Shown here one piece after another: positions 39,927 to 48,826 of a DNA stretch of 64,000 bases (within the stretch, counting starts at the first letter, position 1; every line of letters begins with the position of its first letter). Both the position numbers and the translations under genes were made by a program. A model generated the notes under the pieces. It was given only the letters and a program-made list of their open reading frames with translations, was not told the DNA's origin and made no database searches. The stretch lies in NCBI GenBank assembly GCA_965197905.1, contig CBDAOB010000003.1, positions 32,001 to 96,000 on the forward strand, read 5' to 3'. This stretch comes from Candidatus Latescibacterota bacterium (GTDB lineage: Bacteria; Latescibacterota; UBA2968; UBA8231).

Positions 39927-40097
39927 TAGCGGGATCGCGGAGCATCGGTCAGCGTCTCTCCTGCCCGCCGATCCGTCCACAGTTGAGATTTGCGGTTAGC
40001 TTCACTTGATTAGGGGCGCTCCGCCCCCCTTCTTTGAGTGGCCACGCCGTGGTCAACGCGGATCAACAGCAATGCAACCGATGGAGGCAGCGCTTCG

Positions 40098-41354
40098 ATG
40101 GCACACGACATAGCACAGCTGAATGGTGTGAAATACCGGATTCCGGAATCCCCGGTTGCCGTCGTGTGTGTTGACGGCGGCGACCCGGAATATTTCACGG
40201 CTGCGAAGAAAGCAGATGTCATCCCCAACATCGCTCTTTTCATGGAAGAAGGGTTCAGCAGCATCGCTCACTGCGCCATTCCGAGCTTCACATGCCCCAA
40301 CAATATTTCCATCGCGACGGGCGGACCTCCCGAGGTCCATGGGATTTCGGGTAATTTCTATCTGGATCGGCAGACCGGTGAGGCGGTGGTTATGACCGGG
40401 CCCGAGCTGATGCGGTCGCGTACCGTATTCGATGTAGTTTCGAAAGCCGGCGTGAAAACCGTCGTCATCACTGCAAAGGATAAACTGCGTCAGCAGCTCG
40501 GAAAGGACCTGGATGTGAGCGCCGGCAATGCCTGCTTTTCGTCCCAACACGCAGACCGTTGCACGATGGATGAAAACGGCATCGAGCGGGCACTCGACTT
40601 CGTGGGCCAGCCGCTACCTGACATGTACTCGGAGGAATTGTCGCTGTTTGTGCTCGATGCGGGTATCAAGTTTCTCGAGCAAGATGCCCGTCCGGGTCTG
40701 CTGTATTTGTCTCTGACTGATTATGTGCAGCACAAGTATGCTCCGGATCACCCAAAAGCGATCGACTTCTATAAATCGCTGGATGATCGCTTCGCACGCC
40801 TGGTGCAGCTTGGCGCCATCATCGGCTTCGTCGCCGATCACGGGATGAAAGACAAGTGCGCCGCCGACGGCACCTACAACATCGTCTATCTCCAGGATCT
40901 TCTGGACGAGCGTTTTGGAGCGGGCAATACCAAGGTCATCTGCCCGATTACCGATGCATTTGTTGGCCATCACGGATCACTCGGCGGTTTCGTTCGCGTC
41001 CATTGTTTCGATGGCGCTCCTGTGCAGGATGTGGTCGACTTCATTCGACCAATCGAGGGCATCGATGAAGTGCTGGAGCGCGGGGCGGCGGCGACCCGGT
41101 TCGAGCTTCCGTTCGATCTCGAGGCCGATGTCGTCGTGATTTCCAGTGAGAGTTACTGTGTCGGCATGGGACGCGACGATCACGATCTCGCCGATCTGAA
41201 CGGGGAGCGCCTGCGGTCACACGGCGGCATTTCCGAGCGTGACGTGCCTTTCGTGATCAGTCGGCCTCTCAACGCGGAATACCTTGCCCGAGCGCAGTCG
41301 GAGCAGCTGAAAAACTACCACATTTTCGACTTTGCGATAAACGGCACGGCTTGA
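40098..41354 (+). CDS. phnA: Phosphonoacetate hydrolase
   Basis: VVCVDG, PSFTCPNNISIATG (Thr nucleophile), HGISGNFY, TAKDKLR, YSEELS, DYVQHK, ADHGM, VICPITD, HHGSLG, RSHGG. Confidence 0.93.
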   Translation: MAHDIAQLNGVKYRIPESPVAVVCVDGGDPEYFTAAKKADVIPNIALFMEEGFSSIAHCAIPSFTCPNNISIATGGPPEVHGISGNFYLDRQTGEAVVMTGPELMRSRTVFDVVSKAGVKTVVITAKDKLRQQLGKDLDVSAGNACFSSQHADRCTMDENGIERALDFVGQPLPDMYSEELSLFVLDAGIKFLEQDARPGLLYLSLTDYVQHKYAPDHPKAIDFYKSLDDRFARLVQLGAIIGFVADHGMKDKCAADGTYNIVYLQDLLDERFGAGNTKVICPITDAFVGHHGSLGGFVRVHCFDGAPVQDVVDFIRPIEGIDEVLERGAAATRFELPFDLEADVVVISSESYCVGMGRDDHDLADLNGERLRSHGGISERDVPFVISRPLNAEYLARAQSEQLKNYHIFDFAINGTA

Positions 41355-41373
41355 TCAGCAAGGAGTCGGACTC

Positions 41374-42471
41374 ATGTCACAACGCACCGCGCGTGCAGCC
41401 GTTTACGATGCCCCGAACACGCCATTCGCGATCAGGAACTATCCTCTGAGAGACGTGCATCCTGATGAGGTTTTGGTCCGGGTCGTGATGTCGACGATTT
41501 GCCGGTCCGACATCCATTCGTACCACGGCCATCGGCCGAACCCGTGCCCCGGGATTCTCGGGCACGAGATCATCGGGGTCATCGACCAGCTCGGGGCGGA
41601 CATCGAACGCGACATGCGGGGCGATCCGCTCGCCGTCGGAGACCGGATCACCTGGACGGAATATTTCCATCATGGCGAGTCCTACTATCGCGATGTCCAT
41701 GACATGCCGCAGAAATCGCATGGGGTCAGAAAATATGGGCACGACCTGGTGGAAGAGGATCCACATTTTCTCGGCGGGTTTGCGGAGTATTGTTACGTCG
41801 TGCCGGGAACCGGCATCTTGAAACTCCCTGAAGAACTGAGCGACGAAGAGGCGACACCGATCAATTGCGGTGTCGCGACCATGGTTTGCGTCACCGAGGC
41901 AACGCAGATTCAGATGGGAGATGTCGTCGCGATCCAGGGACTCGGACTCTTGGGGCTCTACGGATGCGCGATGGCCAAGTCCCGTGGGGCACGTCTGGTG
42001 ATCGGGCTCGATGCGGTCGCGGATCGCCTCGCGGCGGCCAAAAAATTCGGTGCAGACGTCGTCATCGACATATCGGGCCGCGAAGAGGATGACATCGTTG
42101 CTCAGGTGCGCGAGTTGGCGCCGCCCGATGGCGTCGATGCCGTGATCGAGGTTTGTGGTGCTCCAGCCGCAGTCCCGGCAGGAATGAAGATGTTGCGCAT
42201 CGGCGGGCGTTACACGCTTGCCGGTCTGGTCAACCCCGATGCCCACGTCACGGTCGATGCCAATGTGTTTGTGAAGAAGTGGATCACGCTGCGGGGCATC
42301 CACAACTACCACCCGCGGCACCTGATCCAGGCGCTGGACTTCGTCGTGGCCAACCGGGAGCGATTCCCGTTCAAGGACATCGTCGATTCAAAATTCAAGC
42401 TCGATGATCTCGACGAGGCCTTCAAGCGGGCGTCCGCACGCTCGGTGCTGCGCGCCGCGATAGTACCGTAA
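41374..42471 (+). CDS. Zinc-binding alcohol dehydrogenase, phosphonate-catabolism-associated type
   Basis: ICRSDIH, GHE, KYGH, GGFAEY, NCGVAT, GLGLLG, GIHNYHP. Confidence 0.9.
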   Translation: MSQRTARAAVYDAPNTPFAIRNYPLRDVHPDEVLVRVVMSTICRSDIHSYHGHRPNPCPGILGHEIIGVIDQLGADIERDMRGDPLAVGDRITWTEYFHHGESYYRDVHDMPQKSHGVRKYGHDLVEEDPHFLGGFAEYCYVVPGTGILKLPEELSDEEATPINCGVATMVCVTEATQIQMGDVVAIQGLGLLGLYGCAMAKSRGARLVIGLDAVADRLAAAKKFGADVVIDISGREEDDIVAQVRELAPPDGVDAVIEVCGAPAAVPAGMKMLRIGGRYTLAGLVNPDAHVTVDANVFVKKWITLRGIHNYHPRHLIQALDFVVANRERFPFKDIVDSKFKLDDLDEAFKRASARSVLRAAIVP

Positions 42472-42485
42472 GAGGATCGCTATTC

Positions 42486-43943
42486 ATGCCAGCAGAAACG
42501 CCTGATCTCGACTTCAAGCCAAAGGGACTGTTCATCGGTGGAGAATGGATAAAGGCCGGCTCCGGCCAGACCATTACTACGATCAACCCCTCAAACGGTG
42601 ACGTGCTCGGCGAAGTGCCGCTTGCCAATGAGGTCGATGTTGACAAGGCTGTCACAAGCGCCAAGGAGGCGTTTCCGGCATGGTCGGCTTTGCCCGTCGC
42701 GAAACGTCCCGAATATCTCCTGCGTCTTGCTCAAGCGATCGACGAAAATGCCGAACTTCTGGCGCTGATGGATGCCGTGGACAGTGGCAACGCGGTCTCC
42801 GGGATGCGCGCCGACATGAAATGGACGGCCGACACTTTCCGATACTTCGCCGGCCTGGTCACCGAGATGAAGGGCGAGACCCTGTCACGCGAGCCCGGCC
42901 ATCTCAACCTGACCTTGCGCCAACCCTACGGCGTGGTTGCCAAGATCAATCCCTTCAATCACCCCTTCCGTTTCTGCGCCGAAAAGGCGGCGTCGGCGCT
43001 GGCCGCCGGAAATACCGTTGTCATCAAAGGACCGGAACAAGCCCCGCTCTCCAGTCTGAAGCTAGGCGAGCTCTGCCAAGAGATTTTCCCGCCTGGCGTC
43101 GTCAATATCGTCACGGGGGACGGTCTGACAGGTTCGGCAATGGTGCGACACAAGGACGTACCTCGCATCGGGTTTGTGGGTTCAGTCGAGACGGGGCGAA
43201 TTATCGCTCGCGAAGCGGCCGAGGGACTCAAGGAGGTCACGCTGGAGCTGGGTGGAAAGAACCCTATCATCATTTTTCCTGACGCCGACCCAAACGAGGC
43301 GGCCGCCACGGTCGTAAAGGCGATGAACATGAATCGTCAGGGACAGTCGTGCTCGTCGACATCACGGGTGCTCGTGCATGAATCGCTGCACGACAAGGTG
43401 AGGGCCGAGCTCGTCAAAGTGGCGTCGGCGATTCCGATCGGTCTTCCATGGCTTGAAGGTGCTGAAATGGGACCGCTCGTTTCCCAGCAACAGTACAACA
43501 GGGTGCTGCGATATATCGAATATGGGCATGCGGATGGCGCCACGCTGCTGACTGGCGGCGGTTCGCCCGATGATCCGGACCTCAAGAGGGGATTCTTCGT
43601 AGCGCCTACGGTGTTCGACGGCGTGACACCGCAGATGCGCATCGCCAGCGAGGAGATCTTCGGTCCGGTCATGTCGATCATGGGCTGGACCGATTTCGAC
43701 GAGATGATCGAAGTCGCAAACGGTGTCATGTACGGGCTGACTGCGTCTATCGTAACCAACGACTTCGGTGCGGCGATGCGAGCGGCCGAACGGGTGGAAG
43801 CGGGCTACGTCTGGATCAATTCATCCGGCCGCTATCTGGGCGCTCCCTATGGGGGCTGGAAACAGAGTGGTATCGGTAAAGAAGAATCCTTCGAGGAGCT
43901 CCTGAGCTACACACGCCTGAAGAATGTGAACATGCGCTGGTAA
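42486..43943 (+). CDS. NAD(P)-dependent aldehyde dehydrogenase
   Basis: PFNHP, FVGS, LELGGK (Glu), GQSC (Cys), EEIFGP, YGGWKQSG. Confidence 0.95.
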   Translation: MPAETPDLDFKPKGLFIGGEWIKAGSGQTITTINPSNGDVLGEVPLANEVDVDKAVTSAKEAFPAWSALPVAKRPEYLLRLAQAIDENAELLALMDAVDSGNAVSGMRADMKWTADTFRYFAGLVTEMKGETLSREPGHLNLTLRQPYGVVAKINPFNHPFRFCAEKAASALAAGNTVVIKGPEQAPLSSLKLGELCQEIFPPGVVNIVTGDGLTGSAMVRHKDVPRIGFVGSVETGRIIAREAAEGLKEVTLELGGKNPIIIFPDADPNEAAATVVKAMNMNRQGQSCSSTSRVLVHESLHDKVRAELVKVASAIPIGLPWLEGAEMGPLVSQQQYNRVLRYIEYGHADGATLLTGGGSPDDPDLKRGFFVAPTVFDGVTPQMRIASEEIFGPVMSIMGWTDFDEMIEVANGVMYGLTASIVTNDFGAAMRAAERVEAGYVWINSSGRYLGAPYGGWKQSGIGKEESFEELLSYTRLKNVNMRW

Positions 43944-43994
43944 CAAGCTGGCGCGGAGATGAACTCCAGCCAATCGAGAGGAGCCCGAAACAAG

Positions 43995-44966
43995 ATGGCC
44001 GAATCCATTCACTATCGCGGCAGGCTTGAAGCGTACTGCCTGGCCCAGCAGGAGTTCACGCTCGAGCTCGTCGACGCGACGTTGCGGGCTTACCCGCCGG
44101 CCCTGCCAGAACCGCCGCCGCGACGGCTGGCATTACAGCTGCTGGATCATGTGCTGCACGAGGAACCCGCCGCGAGCAAGCCGTGGCTCCAAGCCTTCCA
44201 CCACCGCCGCATAGCCGCCGCCGCCGACGACATCGAAGCGACGCTCGTCCGTTCGGGTGGTGCGGTGTGGAAGCTCTACGACCATGGCTTCGTCGTGCGC
44301 ACCCCGGAAGTGACGCTGGAGTTCGACCTCACGCGGGGTCACTCTGCCGGCGTCCCTGCTTTCGCCGTGGCGGATGAGGTGCTCGACCGGATCGCCGACG
44401 CCTGCGACGTGCTGTTCATCAGCCACCTCCACGAGGATCACGCCGACCCTCACGTCGCAGCCCGTTTCCTCGTCCAGAACAAGCCGGTGGTCGCGCCGCC
44501 ACAGGTGCTGGAAGAGGAACCGTTCCACGAGCGCATCACTCACCTTCCGCGCGAGCCCCACGTGCTGCACGAGCTGTCGGTGCACGGTGGAGAGGTGCTC
44601 CTGCGGGTCGCCGCCAATCCGGGTCACCAGGGCATCAAAACCGAGAACAACCACCATGTGGTGGTCGCGCCCTGTGGATTCACCGTGGTCCACACCGGCG
44701 ACCAGGGCTATACAGACGAACTCGACTGGTTGGACAGCGCCCACGAGCACTACCGGGTCGACCTGTTGCTGCCTAACTCCTGGGTGCCCGACTTGCTGGG
44801 GGTGGTGGCCGCATACGATCCGCGCTTCATCGTCCCAGGCCACGAGAACGAGCTGGGCCACGACGTCTCCCACCGCGAGCCCTACTGGCTTTCCTACGTG
44901 CGCATGACGACGAACGCCGAGAAGCTTCTGGTGATGACCTGGGGCGAACGCTTTGACGTGCCATAG
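43995..44966 (+). CDS. Metallo-beta-lactamase-fold hydrolase (UlaG-like)
   Basis: ISHLHEDH (HxHxDH), HTGD, VPGHENE. Confidence 0.85.
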   Translation: MAESIHYRGRLEAYCLAQQEFTLELVDATLRAYPPALPEPPPRRLALQLLDHVLHEEPAASKPWLQAFHHRRIAAAADDIEATLVRSGGAVWKLYDHGFVVRTPEVTLEFDLTRGHSAGVPAFAVADEVLDRIADACDVLFISHLHEDHADPHVAARFLVQNKPVVAPPQVLEEEPFHERITHLPREPHVLHELSVHGGEVLLRVAANPGHQGIKTENNHHVVVAPCGFTVVHTGDQGYTDELDWLDSAHEHYRVDLLLPNSWVPDLLGVVAAYDPRFIVPGHENELGHDVSHREPYWLSYVRMTTNAEKLLVMTWGERFDVP

Positions 44967-44975
44967 AGGACAACC

Positions 44976-46271
44976 ATGACTACCGAGCTTGCTGCGCATA
45001 TCCTACAGACCCCTCTTTGCGACACCCACGAACATCTGCGCAAAGAGCACACCTGGATCGATGAGGGACCCGACATCCTCCAGGATCTCTTCGGCAACTA
45101 CGTTGCGGCCGACTTGAAAACGGCAGGTGCCAACACCGCGGCTATCGAGCGTCTGCTACACAAGCCAGAGGCACCGGTGGGCGACCGCTTTCGCGATATC
45201 CAGAGTGCGTGGCATGCCACCCAGTTTACCGGCTACGGCGAAGCGGTCCGGCTGATTGCAAGCAAGATATACGGACTGGAGGAACTGACAGCCGGTGGTC
45301 TGGACCAGGCGCAGACGCGATTGACCGACCTGCGCAGACCGGGAGGGCGTTACGATCTGCTCAAGAACGTGGCGAATCTGGACCACATCCAGACGGATGA
45401 CGGCTGCTGGCCTTGTCTGCCCGATCGCTCGGGCTTGGACTTTTTCTTCTACGATATCTCCTGGGCGGGATTCTGCAACGGCCACATCGACCCTGAGGCT
45501 ATCGAAGCGGAAACGTCGGTTGCCGTCAACGATCTGAATTCGCTCGACAAATCCATGGCCGCCATTTTTGCGAAGTACGCGTCGGTCGCCATCGCCGTCA
45601 AAGCCCAGCACGCCTACAATAGAACCCTCCTTTGGGAGGAGCGAACGCGAGAAGATGCATCTCAGGCACTAGACGCCGTCCTGAGCGAAGGCCCCGAAAA
45701 CGTACCCGAAGCAACACGTCTTTGCCTGGGTGACTGGTGCTGGGCAAGAGGAATCGAGCTGGCAGTCGAGCACGACCTCCCGTTCAAGATCCACACCGGA
45801 TATTACGCCGGCAACGATCGCATGCCGGTGGACCGGATCCGCGCCGGCAACATGTGTCCTCTGCTGGCGAAATATCTGGACGCCCGTTTTGTGCTCATGC
45901 ATATCGCCTACCCGTACAACAACGAGCTGATCGCCATCGCCAAACATTACCCCAACGTCTGGGTAGACCTATGCTGGGCGTGGTCCATCGATCCTTTCAG
46001 TTCCGCGGATTTTGTCCGGCGATTCATCCACACGGTTCCAGCGAACAAGCTTTTCGGTTTCGGCGGCGACACGGGATGGCCCACGAGTTCGGCCGCGTAT
46101 GCAATCCAGATGAGACACTGGTTCACGCGGGCGATGGAGAGTGAGGTTGCAGAAGGCTTATTGACCGAGCAACAGGCAAAGCGGGTTGCATCTCGAATCA
46201 TGCACGACAATCAGTACGACTGCTTCGATCTGGAGGGGACACGCCGCAACATCGCCGAAGCCGCAGCCTGA
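44976..46271 (+). CDS. Amidohydrolase-2/uronate-isomerase-like metal-dependent hydrolase
   Basis: DTHEH, KAQHAY, KIHTG, VLMH, PNVWVD, FGGD. Confidence 0.88.
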   Translation: MTTELAAHILQTPLCDTHEHLRKEHTWIDEGPDILQDLFGNYVAADLKTAGANTAAIERLLHKPEAPVGDRFRDIQSAWHATQFTGYGEAVRLIASKIYGLEELTAGGLDQAQTRLTDLRRPGGRYDLLKNVANLDHIQTDDGCWPCLPDRSGLDFFFYDISWAGFCNGHIDPEAIEAETSVAVNDLNSLDKSMAAIFAKYASVAIAVKAQHAYNRTLLWEERTREDASQALDAVLSEGPENVPEATRLCLGDWCWARGIELAVEHDLPFKIHTGYYAGNDRMPVDRIRAGNMCPLLAKYLDARFVLMHIAYPYNNELIAIAKHYPNVWVDLCWAWSIDPFSSADFVRRFIHTVPANKLFGFGGDTGWPTSSAAYAIQMRHWFTRAMESEVAEGLLTEQQAKRVASRIMHDNQYDCFDLEGTRRNIAEAAA

Positions 46272-46298
46272 CCCGCGCCCAGGGAGCCCAACAGGTCT

Positions 46299-47429
46299 CT
46301 ACGGTCGCACGCGTGCCCAGCAGGCGTTTTTGATCGTTTCGTCGCCGGCGTAGAACACGGTGAAGAGATCCCCGTTGGGCAGGAGCGCAATGCGGGGATG
46401 TCCGAAACGCCACCGTTCCATGTCCTTCCAAAGCTCGGCCCCCGAACGCGATCCCTCGGCGCCCGATTCGGTTCCGCGGGAGCTGTCGTACACCCTCAAA
46501 TCGCGCGATCGATCCCAGGTCCGGCCAAAATCCGGGCTGAAAGAGAGGTTGATTCCTGGAGGATCCCGGCGATGGGGGTAGGCCGCCACCAGCCGATCGC
46601 CGCCGATGGCCAGGGGTTGGCAATGTTGACCAGGTAGGCCAGTGGGTTCGGGAGCGGACCAGTGACGCGCATCGGCGCTGCCCCACGATATATGAGCGTC
46701 GATGTCGTGACCTTTGAGAAAATCGTGCGTCCAGAACATCGCCACCAAGCCACCTGAAGAGGGATGTCTGTCGATTCGTTGATCCCAGTAGGCCACCTCG
46801 TGTTCGGGGTGTTGGGCAACTGTCACAAACTCGGACCAGGAGACTCCGCCGTCGCCGGAAATGCGCAGGCGGGCACCGGGTTGGCCCGGAGACGGATCGT
46901 CGTACTCCTTCCAGTGCTCGTACGGCTGGCAGAGGAAACCATCGGGAAGCTTGAAAACGGCGCAGGTACAGGGCGAAGCAGCTACGTGAGGAGTCGTCTC
47001 CATAACGCGAGGCTGGCTCCAGCTACGGCCGTCGTCGCCGGAGGTTGCGTGCAGGATCTGCATCGGAAGCAGCCCCTGAGTCCGGGGATTGATAAACGGC
47101 AGCTCCGGGCGCGAGCGATTGACCCAAAGGAATGAGGCTGTAAGCTCTCCGGGTTCCAGCTCAGTGAGGCTCATCGTTTTGATTTCGCCGGTTATGCCCG
47201 AAAACTCGGTCTGGCCATACCCGTCGTAACGGAGTTCCCACGACTCGCCCATATTCTCGCTGGCGAAGATACAGGCGTGACCGTCGGCGGAGTGCCTGGC
47301 AGTGCCCCAGCGCCCGGTAACCAAAACGGTTCCACGCCGAGTCACAAAAACATCCGTGAACGCACTCGAGCGCCGATATTGTGGACCGCTGGCTCCGTCG
47401 AACACCAGCCCAGAGGAGATCAGTTGCAC
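46299..47429 (-). CDS. Sialidase/BNR (Asp-box) repeat protein
   Basis: Asp-boxes SENMGESW, SGDDGRSW, SGDGGVSW, SADARHW, SPDFGRTW; C-terminal FGHP. Confidence 0.85.
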   Translation of the reverse strand: MQLISSGLVFDGASGPQYRRSSAFTDVFVTRRGTVLVTGRWGTARHSADGHACIFASENMGESWELRYDGYGQTEFSGITGEIKTMSLTELEPGELTASFLWVNRSRPELPFINPRTQGLLPMQILHATSGDDGRSWSQPRVMETTPHVAASPCTCAVFKLPDGFLCQPYEHWKEYDDPSPGQPGARLRISGDGGVSWSEFVTVAQHPEHEVAYWDQRIDRHPSSGGLVAMFWTHDFLKGHDIDAHISWGSADARHWSAPEPTGLPGQHCQPLAIGGDRLVAAYPHRRDPPGINLSFSPDFGRTWDRSRDLRVYDSSRGTESGAEGSRSGAELWKDMERWRFGHPRIALLPNGDLFTVFYAGDETIKNACWARVRP

Positions 47430-47438
47430 GGGTTACAA

Positions 47439-48695
47439 CCCCTATTCCCCATATTGAACCTGAAAACCGCTTTTCAAAGGTGCCATAAGATGTTATAGGC
47501 AATATAATAACGATTGTTTCTGGCGATGAATATGGGTCATCCCGAGGGTGAAAGGATGAGAATGGGTTTTGATGGTGGAATCAAGCTTGAATTTCATGGT
47601 GCAAAAGTGACCTCTGACGGGGGTCTTTTAGCGTATCGTGAACTTGATGATGCGCTGGGATTATTCGATGCCGTTTCTACGGCTTTATCGGACCAACGTA
47701 CTGGCCGTAATATCCAACATGCGATGGCTACCTTATTACGCCAATCCATTTATAGCCGTCTTGCGGGGTATGAAGATGTCAATGACGCCGAGCGTCTCTC
47801 GGTTGATCCTGTCATGAGAGCGCTCACCGGGGAAAAGGGCGCCCCACAAACAGGCCGCCAGCGTCAACACGATGGGGCGTTTTGAAACTAAGATACTGAC
47901 TCCGCACGAGAATCTCGGAAACTTGTCAGATATTAATGGCAAGTGGGTTCAAAAAGCGATGGGTAAGACCCCTCATCAGCGAATCATTCTGGACCTGGAC
48001 AGTTCAGAGAGCCCGGTACATGGCGAGCAGGAGGGATCAGCTTACAACGGCCATTTCGGGTGTACCTGTTTCCATCCGCTGTTCTGCTTCAATCAGTTCG
48101 GGGATTGTGAAGGCGTCCTGCTGCGCTCTGGTAATGTTCACAGCGCTGATCGTTGGAAGGAAGTTCTGCAACCGATCGTCAAGAGATACGAGAACAAAAA
48201 GAATAGGAAATACTTTCGTGGCGATGCGGCCTTCGCCAAACCAGAAATCTATGAATACCTGGAGGGAAACGGCCTCTTGTATGCCATCCGGATGCCTGCC
48301 AACCAACTCCTCCACGAGAAAATACGACCCCTGCTGACTCGACCGGTGGGCCGACCACCCGAAAAGCCGATAATCTGCTGGTCCGAGTTCAGCTATCAGG
48401 CCGGCAGTTGGGATCGACCGCGGTGGCGATAGACCAGACGTTATTTGCCGAGATCTTGGCCCGAATCAAGCGTTTACGCAATTATTCTGTCTAGAACATC
48501 ACTTTCCAAAGTGAAGCAATGGATACCTGTCTCTAATCGGTGAATGTGAACATGGAGATCATGATAATTCGGAAAAACAAGGCCGTTCTTAATGCAGAAA
48601 TTTGTCCGTGGAGCAAAGTGGACGGCCATTCCTTATTATCAAACAGAGTCGAGTTCAATCTAAACCCCAACTGATTTTGATATGGGGAATACCAG
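47439..48695 (+). mobile_element. IS1380-family insertion sequence, internally deleted
   Basis: Terminal inverted repeat core TATTCCCCATAT (47443-47454) / ATATGGGGAATA (48680-48691); lower GC than flanks; contains IS1380 transposase fragments; no target duplication seen. Confidence 0.85.
47526..48494 (+). pseudogene. IS1380 family DDE transposase, frameshifted and internally deleted
   Basis: VTSDGGLLAYRELDDALG, RQSIYSRLAGYEDVNDA, LDLDSSESP.HGEQEG, RGDAAFA; jumps from WDRPR straight to the C-terminal VAIDQTLFAEILARIKRLR. Confidence 0.9.
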
Positions 48696-48826
48696 CTAAG
48701 TCAGGCGGCAGACAAGAAACTCTAATGAACGGACTGTCGAAAACTGGTTGGTTGATTTAAACTGGCCTGCAAACAGAAATCGTTTGTGGAACTGCAATCC
48801 AATGCATACCGAAGGACAGAGACCCA

